Positions 1 through 17,825 of a DNA stretch of 64,000 nucleotides are shown one piece after another. The position numbers and the translations under genes were made by a program. Location of the stretch: NCBI RefSeq assembly GCF_009914755.1, contig NC_060928.1. One strand, given 5' to 3'. The first letter of the stretch is position 1; every line of letters begins with the position of its first letter. The notes below the pieces were generated by a model, which had not been told where the DNA came from, made no database searches, and was given only the letters and a program-made list of their open reading frames with translations. The DNA is from the human T2T-CHM13v2.0 reference genome, Homo sapiens.

Positions 1-179
1 AATGATTAGAAAGGGTTAACTACATAAAGAGAAGAAAGCCAAAACTTTCAGACACGTGAACAGTCAAGGTGAGAGAAAGCAAGATGGATTTTACTACTGA
101 AGGAAGAAAAACATGATGGGTTATAGATATTGCAGGAAGCCCAAAATGGCTTGAGAAAAGAATACAAATGAAGGACTGA

Positions 180-410
180 GGCGAAATGGCTTAGGCAACA
201 TGAGAAGAGCTCAAGTCATGCAAGAAATCCTAGGGTCTATTTGGATCTAGGAAAATCCTATAGGATTTATAAGATTTTCACTTAAATCAACACTGGATAT
301 CTATTGAAGAGTGTTATATCAAGGGGTGACATGATGAGGCTTACATGTTAAGAAGTGTACATTGGGTTGGGGTAGGGGAATAAGGTGCTATGTGAAGGCC
401 AATTATAATA
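180..410 (-). mobile_element. Degraded L2 LINE fragment
   Basis: Purine-rich stretch with L2-like phrases (ctattgaagagtgttatatcaaggggtgacatgatgagg); highly diverged, boundaries approximate. Confidence 0.4.
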
Positions 411-440
411 CTACTACTATTGCTGTTTCTAAAGTGGTGC

Positions 441-843
441 TGTGGTAATGAACTTATACAGAGATTCCCTAGCTAAGGATATTCTAGTTTTCATCATCTC
501 AAATTGAAGCACTATTATGCCAAGAGCTTGCACACAGCTAAATAAACTTAACCAGGTTTCTTGGCTGTTAAGCAGAGTCATGTGACTGGGTTCTAGCCAA
601 TGAAATACCTGTGAGAGTGATTGGCACCTCTTCCAGTCTTTGCTCATAAAACTATCCCACATGTGCTCCTCCCTGCTTCTCCACAGGAAATGTAGCAAAC
701 TGATGACTATGGCAGAGCCCATATCAGGCAGAATCACTGACAATTTTTTTTTTTAACCTGTCCAGTATTATGAAGAGAGCAAGAAGTTTTCTATTGTGTG
801 ACACATTTAGGGCCTACTTGTTACATCAGTGCTAACTAATACA
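441..843 (+). mobile_element. MaLR solo LTR, MLT1J-like
   Basis: Starts tgtgg, contains gtcatgtgactgggttctagccaatgaa and ends ctaactaataca, typical of old MLT1 LTRs. Confidence 0.7.
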
Positions 844-1081
844 TGAATTTGGATTTAATTTTAAAAATCAGTTTATTTTGTACACAACTTTAAAATAGCT
901 GAAGTTATTTGGTTATATGCCACTTAATTTTTGTTTTCTCTAAGCTAATAATTATCAATTATATAAGCTATTTTTTATTAATTATAGTGGCAAAGCACTT
1001 CACTATGCTGTTTACATGTATTGTTCACAATATGCTTTTATGATATTTGCCAAAAATCAGCTTCACTGAGACATAATATAT

Positions 1082-1538
1082 TGTACCAGTTTCTTAAAAC
1101 TGCCATCGAAGATTAACACAAACTGCATGGCTTAACAAGAGAAATTTATTCTTTCACATTTCTGGAGGCTGGAAATTTGAAATCAAGATGTCAGCAAGTT
1201 TGGTTCTTTCTGGAGGTTTTGACGACAAATTTGTTCATATTTCTTTCCTAGCTCCTGGTGTTCCTGAGCAATCTCTGGCACTCCTTAGCTGGCAGTGACA
1301 TCATTCCAAGTTTTCTCTCTCTTATAACATGACATTCTCCCTGGTCATCTCTGTATCCATGTGTCTTCACATAGCCTTCTTATAAGGACACCAGTCATTG
1401 GTCACCCTAATCTAGTATAACCTCATCTTAGCTTGATCATATCTACAAATATATTATTTGCAAATAATGTCACATTCACAGGTACCAGAGGTTAGAGCTT
1501 CTAACATCTCTTTTTGGAAAGCCAATTCAACTGAAAAC
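1082..1538 (-). mobile_element. MaLR solo LTR, MLT1C/D-like
   Basis: tgtaccagtttc start; gaaatttattctttcacatttctggaggctggaa; ttcttataaggacaccagtcattgg; gtcacattcacaggtacc. Confidence 0.8.
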
Positions 1539-1544
1539 ATATAC

Positions 1545-1905
1545 ATACAACAAAATCTACAAATTATAAAAATGCTATGTTTGAACTCTGGCAAAGAAAA
1601 ACCTTGATATAAGTGCCATCCTATTTATGTTATGGAATACTTTAATCACCCCCAACACTCCTGACACTTTGCAATCAGTGTGCCACCTCCAACCACCGTA
1701 CCTCAAAATCACTAATCTGTTTTCCCTCACTAGTTTTGCCTTCTAGCATGTCACATTAATGGAATCATACATTATAACATATTTTATGTCTGGCTTCTGT
1801 CACTTAGACAATGTTTTTAAGATTCATTCATGTTTTTGCATGTATCTAAAACGAGTGCCTTTTGTTACTAAGTTTCCCTTTATATCTACTGCAGTTTTTT
1901 GTCTT
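1545..1905 (-). mobile_element. Old L1M (L1ME-like) 3' UTR fragment
   Basis: aatggaatcatac...tttatgtctggcttctgtcacttag...aagattcattcatgtt is the antisense L1M 3' UTR signature. Confidence 0.65.
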
Positions 1906-1909
1906 TTCA

Positions 1910-2130
1910 CCCATGCATGGAAATTTTGTGGCATACATCTGGGTATGGCTTCCATATCACCCTCACCGGACTTAGGGGCAAGGAAAACTGATGAGAATAT
2001 AAGGCTCATGCTACCTTCTGTGCTTTGAGTAATAAAGTCCTTTCTCTCTGGGCCAGAAGTCTCATGTCTTCCACCAGTAAGTGTGCAACCATGACAAGCT
2101 AACTTAATAACTTGCAGAAAGGGTAAAAAA
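1910..2130 (+). mobile_element. ERV LTR 3' portion (MER68/MER77-like, family uncertain)
   Basis: gagtaataaagtcctttctctctg...aagctaactt...gggtaaaa resembles an LTR U3/R end with AATAAA. Confidence 0.45.
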
Positions 2131-2932
2131 GTTTATTTTAATCTCTATTGTTGATAATTATTCCAGTGACTGATTATAAAAAAATGGTATTCCATTTAAT
2201 TTTATTTTTGACTTTACTTTTTCATATGCTCTTTGTTACATATAGTGTCCATGAATTTTAGATATCATTTTTAAATTATAAATCTGTATATCCTACTGCA
2301 TACCTGGACATCCTGTCTTGATTATCAAATATGTGTATCAAATGAACTATATCCACAATTGTATTTACTAAATATTCCACATAGCACAGATCTGATTCTA
2401 AATACATCAACACTTCCTCTACCCAATCCATTAAAAAAATTTACATTACTGAACTCACATTTAATTATTAAATATTAGGCTTTCATATTATCAATATCTC
2501 TTCAATCTGATGCTATATTTTATCCCCCATTATTAATAAAATGACTTTCAAAGTTACTGTGACAGAAAGAAGGAAGTAAAGAAAGAATTTAGATAATTGG
2601 AGATTAAATCGGCATGCTTTCATCATTACTGAGGAGTGGGAAACAAAAGGTGGAAAGGGAGATTGAGACAGATACATTGGAGATGACTACAAATTTGTTT
2701 GAAATAATGTAGATAATTAATTAGAAGAGAAAATAATTGAGAAAAGAATAATTTTAACATCTAAGAAAAACCTGTTATTCCAGGTTCTTTTACATTTTCT
2801 CATTTACTTATAATTAAATAATAAAGTAACTATCAACAGCACTATTTTCCCGTAGTGAAAATTAAATTCAAGTTACATGTTCAAATTCTCATGAATATGA
2901 AGTCATTAAATTGGAGTTGAAACCCATATGTT

Positions 2933-3244
<312 letters not shown>

Positions 3245-3544
3245 TTAAAAATCTGTATTATTTCATCTGCTTATATCTCTAAAAATGATAATTGATATTT
3301 TCAAGACAAATTATTTATTTACTGTATTTTATCATAAATTAGAAATTTAGAATTCTTTTTTTGAAAACACCCAGGAATAAAGTGAAACCACTTGTAATAG
3401 CCCATTAGAAGTTTTTACCAACAATTAAAAAAAATGTGTTAGTGACTTTCGTTATATTGTATACAAATTATAGGAATGTTACACATGCTTTGTAACTAAT
3501 ACATTCTAAAATGCAACATTTTAAAAAAATGGATTAAGGTACTA

Positions 3545-3857
<313 letters not shown>

Positions 3858-4069
3858 AAGGTACTACTTTTTATATAAATCTTATGTGTATATAAAACTA
3901 TTAATTTTGAGATGGATCATATATTTCAATCAGAATATTGAGAACTTCATTCACTTTTCTTCTCTTTGTTCTTTAATTTTAATAATTAATTGGTCCTTAT
4001 CAGAAACTGCTGATTTGTGAATGGTGTGAGCTAGGAAAAGTGAGGGAGCATATAGAATACTATGAATTA

Positions 4070-4270
4070 AAAATTGCACGATATACTGGAAATTTTCTGA
4101 GAGTAGATTTTAGACGATCTTACCACAAAAAAAGTAACTTTGTAAAATGATGGCTATGTGCAATTTATTACCTGTATTAATCATTTCACTACGTATATAC
4201 ATATATATATGAAATCATCATGTTGTACAATGTAAATTTATACAACAAAAACATTACTAATAATAAATAT
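4070..4270 (+). mobile_element. L1MA/L1MB 3' terminal fragment
   Basis: gagagtagattttag...aatcatttcact...atcatgttgtac followed by an A-rich end. Confidence 0.65.
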
Positions 4271-4619
4271 AATTAAATAAGAAAACAATTGGGTGAATGA
4301 AATATGATGGCTCTTTACTACATTTTCGTGTGAAGATAGAAACTAATAGATTCAAGTAATTAATATTGTCTTACAATCTATGATTTCTAAGCCAAATTAT
4401 GCCTTTCTTCTTTCTATTCTTCAGTGTGTTACACAAGATGGAACTATGTCAATGGGAGGTTAGGTGTGTGGTATTATGGTTTTTATTCCTGAAGATTTGT
4501 TACTGCATCTGCAAATTTTCCAAAATGTTCTTAAGATAATTTTTAATTTCATAGCTTTACTCGTTCTCAAGCATTTTTAAAGAACTATTCATGTAATAGA
4601 GAACACAGAGAGACATGCA

Positions 4620-5170
4620 TATCAATCAGTAAGATCATCTATTAATTATCAAATGTATGTTCAGAGCCTCCCGTGCTTTGGTCACTGCACACTAGGGATT
4701 GGTAAATAGCACTTCAACCTTTTACTGGAGATGACAGTGATCTGAAATATTAATAGTCAACTATACAAATAATTAAAAATACACAATATGCTTTAAATGA
4801 AGAACAAGGATTTATGTCAACCCATATCACGGCAATCTAAATTAAGTTGAGATGGTAAAATGGTTGGAAAAGCATGCAATAGGAAGAGTTGTAAAACCCA
4901 GACATAAGGATAAGGAGTTAGGTAGGTAAAGAAAGAGAAGGTAAGTATTCCAGACTATGACTCTGAGATTTATGTAATTTGAGTGCTGAATGAAATCCCA
5001 TATGGATGAGAGGACATTCCAACTAAAAGGTGGAATTGGGAGATAATACAGAGACCTAAAAGAATTTCAGCATGCCAGACTTTTAGGAAACATTAAAGAT
5101 TTTGTATTTAAATGACAGTGGATATCTACTGAAGTTTTAAACTGAGGAGTGACACATGAGGCCTACCTTT
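4620..5170 (-). mobile_element. L2 LINE fragment
   Basis: caaatgtatgttcagagcctcccgtgc...; ctactgaagttttaaactgaggagtgacac. Confidence 0.5.
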
Positions 5171-5374
5171 TAAGAAAGACACTCTAAATTGGAGAGATCT
5201 GGTGGCCCAGGCAGGGTGTTTGGGGGAAGGGTAGATGAGTAAATATGGACAAAACATTTATAAGGGCATGCTGTTTTAAGGTCAGAGCCTTGGAAATAAA
5301 CTTTCATATACATAAATTCATCAGGGGAAAATTCAAATTTTCTTTCTCTCAATCAAAATAATGTTTGTACAACA

Positions 5375-5740
5375 GTTCTAACCCAAATCAGAGTTATCTG
5401 CTACTTCCCAGGCATTCCTCTAGATGCAGTCACCAGCCTCTGGCAGTTGGGGACAGCCCTGTGACTAATTGCTGAAGAGGACAACGTAAACAGGAAAGAC
5501 TGACATCTGTTTCAACCCTACCCACCTGTGCTCCTAAATGTTTCCCCCTCTCAATTGGCTGGATGAATGTAAATTTAAAGGCAATCTTGAAAGCCACCCA
5601 TTGAAGTTGGCAAAGCCCACATTAGGCTGGATGTTTTTATTTTTACTTTCAGTATTAAGATCGTATGACAATTTTTACTATGATTTAAACATTAGAAATT
5701 CAGTGGATATTTACAATTGCAGTTAATCTGCCTAAACACA
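5375..5740 (+). mobile_element. Old MaLR LTR (MLT1J/K-like)
   Basis: cagcctctggcagttggggacagccctgtgactaatt...gaaagccacccattgaagttggcaaagcc. Confidence 0.5.
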
Positions 5741-6204
5741 AAATATTACAATTCATACAAGTTTAGTTTAACGTATAAAAACTTGAATATTTTAAGATAA
5801 CAGATCATTTTACATTTGTTTCCTGTATGCTATTAATTTTCAATTCTCTGCACAGTACTTTGTTAGCCGTGATGACTAAACACTTCACCATGCTGCTGAC
5901 TTTCATATGAGATATGGTAGTACTTCTAAAGTGTCACCCTTAGACTCAAGACTTCAACTTCCATTCAAATTGCTTTAGACACTTGTTTTATGTAGCCTAA
6001 ATTCACACTAATTTTGTTGGCAGTAAAAATCTTTTAACTTATATAATGTAAACAATATCCTTAAGGTATTTTTTCTACAATTTTGTATTTAAATAACATA
6101 TTTAGTATAAAGATTTGGGACATTTGTATTATTTGGGTATTGGAGTTTGGTGGTAGTCATAAAATAAGGCAGTAAAATAGGTTTTTAGAGTTATTATTAA
6201 CATT

Positions 6205-6290
6205 TACATTTATTATTAAATTTTATTTTTAGATGACATAATAATTGTACATATTTATGGAGTATAGAGTGATATTTCAGTTCATGTATT
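6205..6290 (-). mobile_element. L1MA 3' end fragment
   Basis: gacataataattgtacatatttatggagtatagagtgatatttc. Confidence 0.65.
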
Positions 6291-6639
6291 TTCTAGACAG
6301 AAAAGATTATTTGATAATCTAGCTCTATTATCTATCATGTCTATTCTTCTCTTAATTTTGTTTAACATAGGAATTTGGTCAAGCTGCTATGTATTTTTTT
6401 TTTCTTTTTTTTTCTTTTTTTAATTATACTTTAAGTTCTGGGGTACATATGCAGAACTTGCAGTTTTGTTACATAGGTGTACACGTGCCATGGTGGTTTG
6501 TTGCACCCATCACCCTATCACCTACATTAGTTATTTCTCCTAATGCTATCCCTCCCCTAGCCCCCAACCCCCAACAGCCCCAGTGTGTGATGTTCCCCTC
6601 CCTATGTCCATGTGTTCTCAATCATTGTTCAACTCCCAC

Positions 6640-10472
<3,833 letters not shown>

Positions 10473-10537
10473 ATGATGCTAGCTGGTTATTTTGCTGATT
10501 AATTGACACAGTTTCTTCATAGTGTTGATTGTCTTTA

Positions 10538-11600
10538 TCATTTGGCATGTTTTTGCAGTGGCTGGTACTGATTGTTTCTTTCCATGTTTAGTGCTTCCTT
10601 CAGGAGCTCTTGTAAGGCAGGCCTGGTGGTGTTGACAAAATCTTTCAGCATTTGCTTGTCTGTAAAGGAATTCATTTCTCCTTCGCTTATAAAGCTTGGT
10701 TTTTCTGGATATGAAACTCTGAGTTGAATATTCTTTTCTTTAAGAAGGTTGAATATTGGCCCCCACTCTCTTCTGGCATGAAAGGTTTCTGCAGCGTGAT
10801 CCACTGTTAGTCTTATGGGCTTCCCTTTATGGATCACCTGACCTTTCTCTCTGGCTACGCTTAACATATATCCCTTCATTTCAACCTTGGTGAATCTTAA
10901 TGATTTTATGTCTTGGGGTTGCTCTTCTCAAGGAGTATCTTTGTGGTTTTCTCTGTATTTCCTGAATTTGAATGTTGGCCTGTCTTCCTAGGTTGGAGAA
11001 GTTCTCCTGGGTAATATCCTGAAGAGTGTTTTCCAACTTGGTCCCATTCTCCCCGTCACTTTCAGGTACACAAATGAAATGTAGGCTTGGTCTTTTCACA
11101 TAGCCCCACATTTCCTGGAGGCTTTGTTCATTCCTTTTCATTCTTTTTTCTCTATTCTTGTCTTCTTACTTTATTTCATTAAGTTGATCTTCAATCTCTT
11201 ATTGAACCGATTCTTTATTCTGCTTGACCGATTCAGGTATTGATACTTGTGTGATACTTGTGTGTGCTTCAGGTATTCATACTTTATTCTGCTTGACCGA
11301 TTCAGGTATTGATACTTGTGTGTGCTTCAGGAAGTTCTCGTGCTGTGTTTTTCAACTCCATCATTTCATTTATGTTTTTCTCTAAACTGATTATTCTAGT
11401 TAGCAGTTCCTGTAAACTTGTATCAATGTTCTTAGCTTCCTTGCATTGGGTTAGAACATGCTCCTTTAGCTCAGAGGAGTTTGTTATTACCCACCTTCTG
11501 TAGCCTACTTCTGTCAATTCATCAGACTCATTCTCCATCCAGTTTTGTTCCCTCACTGGCAAGGAGTTGTGATCCTTTGGAGGAGAAGAGGCATTCTGGT
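10538..11600 (-). pseudogene. Disrupted L1 ORF1
   Basis: Fragments 11302-11562, 10881-11141 and 10538-10879 with ARREW and ELLKEAL motifs; reading frame broken by the duplication at ~11190-11331. Confidence 0.9.
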
Positions 11601-13459
11601 TTTTGGAATTTTCAGCCTTTTTGTGCTGATTTATCCCATCTTTGCGGATGTATCTACCCTTACATTTGATGTTGGTGACCTTCAGAGGGGGTCTCTGAGT
11701 GGATGTGCTATTCCTTTCTGTTTGTTAGTTTTCCTTCTAACAGTCAGGCCGTTTTGCTGCAGGTTTGCTGGAGTTTGCTGGAGATCCACTCCAGACCCTG
11801 TTTGCCTGGGTATCACCAGTGGAGGCTGCAGATCCACTCCAGACCCTGTTTGCCTGGCTATCACCAGTGGAGGCTGCAGAACAGCAAAGATTCCTGCCTG
11901 CTCTTTCCTCTGGAAGCTTAGTCCCAGAGGGGAACCCACCAGATGCCAGCCAGTGCTCTCCTGTACGAGGTGTCTTTTGGCCCCTACTGGGAGGTGTCTC
12001 CCAGTCAGGATACATGGGGCTCAGGGACCCACTTGAGGAGGCAGCTCTGTTCTTTACCAGAGCTCAAACGCTGTGCTGGGAGATCTGCTGCTGTCTTCAG
12101 AGCTCTCAGGCAGGGGCATTTAAGTCTACTGAAGCTATGCCCACAGCCGCCCCTTCCCCCAGGTGCTCTGTCCCAGGAAGATGGGAGTTTTATCTCTAAG
12201 TCCCTGACTGGGCTGCTTCCTTTTTTTCAGAGATACCCTGTCCAGAGAGGAGGAATCTAGAAAGGCAGTCTAACCACAGCAGCCTTGCTGATCTGTGGTG
12301 GGCTCTGCCCAGTTCGAACTTCCAGGCAGCTTTGTTTACACTGTGAGGGTAAAACCGCCTACTCAAGCCTCAGCAATGGCAGGCACCCCTCCCCCAATGA
12401 AGTTCAAGCATCCCAGTTCGACTTCAGACTGCTGTGCTGGCAGCGAGAATTTCAAGCCAGTAGATCTTAGCTTGCTGGGCTCTGTGGGTGTGGGACCCGC
12501 CGAGCCAGACCGCTTGGCTCCCTGGCTTCAGCCCCCTTTCCAGGGGAGTGCACTGTTCCGTGTCAGTGCCATTCCAGTCTCCACTGGGGTATGGAAAAAA
12601 AACTCCTATAGTTAGCTCAGTGTCTGCCCAAATGGCTGCCTAGTTTTGTGCTTGAAACGCAGGGCCCTGGTGGCATAGGCACTGGAGGGAATCTCCTGGT
12701 CTGTGGGTTATGAAGACCATAGGAAAAGCACAGTATCTGGGCAGGAGGCCACCGTTCCTCAGGCACAGTCCCTCACAGCTTCCCTGTGGTAGATGAGAGA
12801 ATTCCCCGACCCCTTGTGCTTCCCGGGTGAGGTGATGCCCCACCTGCTTCTGCTTGCCCTCCATGCACTGCACCCACTCTCCAACCAGTCCCACTGAGAT
12901 GAACCAGGTTCCTCAGTTGGAAATGCAGAAATCACCCACCTTCTGTGTCAATCTCGCTGGAAGCTGCAGACCAGAGCTTTTCCTAGTTGACCATCTTGCC
13001 AGCAATCCAAGCTGCTATGTATTTTTCTTAAGAATTGATAAACTTGATTAATATAAGGAGATTTTAATACATAAAATCTTCCTACACCCCTAAAAGAGCT
13101 CCCTAGTAATATTTGAAATTGAATTATTTTTGTTCTGCCATTCAACCATTCATAAATGAAAATAGCAATATCTCCAGTATGGTGTCTCTCTTAATCTCCC
13201 AAAATATCCTAGGTAAATTTTTAGATGACTTGCTAAAATTTTTACCTACTAAATATCTCGAATTCCACTTACCTACCAATTGTTATCTCTTCGTCATAAC
13301 TGACTCTAAAATTCTTGCACAATAGCTGAGTTCTATAGAACTAAACACAGTGTCATTTGGAAAAGGATTAGGCTATTTGAAAAAGATAGGACTAAGCCAG
13401 CAAAAATGTATTTATCTGTCAAGAATAGCTTTTCATATTTTTCATCTCGAAATATAGTG

Positions 13460-14980
13460 CAGAAAAAATACACAAAACAAAAAGTTACAACTTGATGATT
13501 TATCAAAACTGAATTCACATAACCAGACTCCAGACAAAGGGAATATTGTTAGCTTCCTCAATGACACTTCATTCCAAATTCTACAACCTTTCATCTCCTC
13601 TCTGGAGATAAACGTTATCCTAAATGTTATGGGAATAACTTCCTTGCACCCCACAATATGCATACTAAATACCATAGCTTAATTTAATCTGTGTTTTGGA
13701 GCTTATATAAATATAATTAACTAGCAAATATTAAATTTTCTCTGTGGCTTCTCATGTTTAGCAAAGATGTATATACAGTTGTCACTCATAATTCCTTTGT
13801 TTTTATGGTTGCATAGTATTCCATTGTGTTTATTTACAGCAATCTAATCTAGTCTTGGTGGGTATTTGGATTGTTTTCAACTTTTGGTCTATTGTAATGT
13901 TCCCATGAATATTCCACTATAGGAATCTTGGATAATGTGGACATGAGTATCAGCTGGTTACACACCTAGAAGTGGACTTGCTTATTGATGGAATATTTGC
14001 ATGTTTAATATTAGTAAATAATGCTGAATAGTATTCAAAAGCAGTTTTAACAATTTATATTGTTCATATAGTATATGGAAATCTTTAATGCTTCAAATGT
14101 TTGTCATAACTTTGTTAGATTTTATTTTCTTTTTTTAAATATTGGCCATTCTATCTTAGTTGGTTTAATTTGCAATTTGTAAATAATTCAGTCTATGTAA
14201 ATAAGATCAAAGATAATTCTTGATCACGTTAGAGTTAAGCATGTTTTCATACTTATAGGCTATTTAAAAATATTCACCTGTGAAGTGACTATATCTCTCA
14301 GCCTTAAAACAATTAGGTTGTTAATATTTTATTGCTTTTAAAAAGCACTTTATATATGCTAAACATAAAACATTTATAGCTTATCTGGGCTAAAATACCT
14401 TTTACAATTGAGTAAATTGCATTTTACTCTCAATTATCTACATTAATAAGCAATTCTCAATTTTATCAAGCTAAATTTATTAATATTTTAAATAAATAAT
14501 GATTGTGTTTACTATTTTTATTATCGATAAAAGTCATGAATCTTTTGTGGATTCATGATCCATAATTTGAATCACCAATATGTTACTTAGAAAATTTACA
14601 TTCATATTTATGAGTGATATTAGTGTATAAATTTCTGTTCTTATAACTTCCTTATCAGGTTTTGGTGTCAAGGTTATTTGGGACTCGTTACATGGATTGA
14701 GGACCGTTCCTCCTTTTTTATTCCATAGGAGATATTTGTAAGATAGGCAAAACTTATAACTTAAGTATTTGTTATAATTCAGAAGTGAAACCATTTATAC
14801 CTACAGGTTTATTTGTGGAAAAAATTAAATTAGGAATTCAAGTTCTAAAATAGCTATGCGATTATTAAGATATATTGCACTATTTTTATTTTACTATTTT
14901 CCCAAGAATGTGTCCACTTCACCATGTTTTTTTCAAATATATTGGCATAGACATGTTCATAATTGTCATCTATGTGTCTA
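13460..14980 (-). mobile_element. Old L1M (L1ME-like) 3' UTR plus ORF2 remnant
   Basis: ORF 14534-14794 contains ITLTPKPDK...ISLINMNV, homologous to the L1 ORF2 segment ITLIPKPDK...ISLMNID; atagtattccattgtg 3' UTR motif at ~13814. Confidence 0.75.
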
Positions 14981-15550
14981 CCCCTTTGTTTCTAGTTCTT
15001 TAATACCTTTACTCCTTTAACCCTATTTTTCAAATTCATGTAACTGCTTTCCACCATTGCTGCTTTGAACCACTTTCACATTTTTCAGATTTGACTTGTT
15101 TTCTTATTCCTGGAATTTGTACCTTAACTTTGCTATTTGAAGTAAAGTTTATTATTCTCTCTAGTCTGAAATCCTACAGGACTTGATTAGCTTTTTTGAC
15201 TTTATCTTTGTCACCTTAAAATCTATCCTTCACACTACCCTTAGAGTAATGAAAGCAAAACACATATGTAATTGCTGTTTTTAAAAAGTTAATATTTCCC
15301 AAATTTGGATATCATAAATTTGAGTAAATATTACAGTGAAACATTTTCTTCACATCGTTTTTACCCACTTAATTCATGTTCTTATTTCGGTTCAGTATAG
15401 CAACACCAATCTTAGCCAGAAAGCATTTGCTGACTACTGCCCTATCTACCTGGTTAAACAAGGCTTTCATTACTCTGTGTCTTTGCATGTATTTGTGTTA
15501 TATAATGACATTAACTACATTTTAGCATAAGTTCATGTTTGTGTGGTGGC

Positions 15551-15908
15551 TGATATGGTTTGGCTGTGTCCTCACCCAGCTCTCACCTTGAATTCCCACC
15601 TATTGTGGGAGACACCTGGTGGGAGGTAATTCAATCACGGGGGCAGGTCTTTCAGGGCTGTTCTCATGATAGAGAATAAGTCTCATGAGAGCTGATGGTT
15701 TTTAAAAGAGGAGTTCCCCTGCACAAACTCTTTCTTTTTTCCTGCCGCCATCCAGGTAAGATGTGACTTGCTCCGCCTCACTTTCTGTCATGATTGTGAG
15801 GCTTCCCCATCCACGTAGAACTCTGAGTTCTCCATTAAATCATTTTCCTTTGTAAATTCCCCAGTGTCGGATATGTCTTTATCAGCAGCGTGCAAACAGA
15901 TTAATACA
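15551..15908 (+). mobile_element. THE1A/B solo LTR (MaLR)
   Basis: tgatatggtttggctgtgtc...cagattaataca; 5-bp TSD gtggc/gcggc. Confidence 0.92.
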
Positions 15909-16006
15909 GCGGCTTAGTAAATATTTTGTTCTTTGGGTTATTTTTATTCCTATCTCTAACTTCTAGCTCAGTAATTCACATTACTGAAACTCTTAAAAGT
16001 ATTTAT

Positions 16007-16369
<363 letters not shown>

Positions 16370-16979
16370 TTAATCTAAGTAATCGTGATTATTATACTAC
16401 TGGACATTAAAAAGAAAAACATATCTCTGGCTTTATATTGCTCCTATTAACTGCTTTGTAATAGTCACAATTATCACACAATATTTAAAAGCTAGTAAAC
16501 ATGCCACATCTCTTAAAAATTTCCTGAGAAGTAAAGGCAAACTATCATGTGATTTGAAAATTTTCAGTTGTCTTGATGTGTAAAGTTAGGTTTTGCAACG
16601 TCTGTATCAGTTTTGTTATTAGAACGTATTTATAGTCTGTCATTCTCCTTCAAGCAATTAACAGAGGAGTAGTTTTGATATTTTACTTTTCTGTAAAGTT
16701 AAAATTTTATTTCATATCCTTGCTATAGCTATGTATTGGAAAAAAAACCAGAGATTTGTGCCTAATTTTTATACTTAGTTATTCTTTTATTCTGTTTATT
16801 TTTATAGATAATCTTTGTGTAGTTTTCTTAGAAAAATTATAATATAGACCACCTGTGAATGAATTTCAAAAATATCCATGGATGTTAATGCTTAATAATT
16901 AGTTTCTTATTTGCAAATTCTCCCTACACTTCCTCTTTTCCCTCTGTTTCTTAAATACTAGTGTCTTCTTAAAGTCTAA

Positions 16980-17825
16980 TATGGATTTTCACTCACTCCA
17001 TGGCATCCTCCACCCTGATGACAAAAGGCTTATTACTTTATTTCATCCTGCTGCTCAGAATAATTCAATGCTTCTTCATCACCTTCATATTAAGATGCAA
17101 GCTCCTTGGTGTATCACACAAAATCATTCACAATCTCAGCCTATTTTTGAAACTTCTCCAGCATCATCTCTTCCTGCCACTCTCCTCCTACCTGTGTTGC
17201 AGAGACACAGGAGAAGCCAGATCCCAAGAATACTGTTTTTTCTTTTTTAAATTTTTTTTTATTATACTGTAAGTTTTGGGATACATGTGCAGAATGTGCA
17301 GTTTTGTCACACAGGTATACATGTGACATGGTGGTTTGCTGCCCCCATCAACCTGTCATCTACTTCAGGTATTTCTCCTAATGCTATTCTTCCCCCAGCC
17401 CCCCGCCCCATGACAGGCCCCAGTGTGTGATGTTCCCCTCCCGGTGTCCATGTGTTCTCATTGTTCAACTTCTGCTTATGAGTGAGAATATGTGGTGTTT
17501 GCTTTTCTGTTCTTGTGAAGAATACTTTTTGATTCCTGCCTTCATGCCCTTGCACATGCTTTTCTCTCTGCTTTGAAAGTTTTCTTTTTCATTTTCTGGG
17601 TAACTGCAATATATCCTTGAAGGGCTAAACTGACAGATGCCTTCCCTAACCCATTGATTTACATCAAATGTTCTTTCTATGGCTTTCTATAACACCACTG
17701 AGTGTCATTATGAACACATAAATGATATGATCAGTATTCATTCCAAAATGTTATTCAACTCTGTACTCCTAGAACTAAGTGCAGCACTGGGAAGCTCAGT
17801 CATTTTGTTAAATGAGTGAATGAAA
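16980..17825 (+). mobile_element. L2 fragment interrupted by an L1PA 3' end
   Basis: Pyrimidine-rich L2 body ending ttgttaaatgagtgaatgaa, the L2 3' terminus. Confidence 0.6.
17235..17517 (-). mobile_element. 5'-truncated L1PA (PA8-10-like) 3' UTR
   Basis: attatactgtaagttttgggatacatgtgcag...; TSD aagaatact at 17226-17234 and 17518-17526. Confidence 0.92.

Noticed and set aside
11190-11880. Short direct repeats as a CRISPR-like array
   Set aside because: Only two copies each, derived from L1 sequence, no unique spacers, eukaryotic context.
11481-12894. Dense overlapping ORFs on both strands (also 35288-36538 and 55293-56162)
   Set aside because: Artefact of GC-richer L1 5' UTR and MaLR internal sequence; I could not confirm an intact ORF0.
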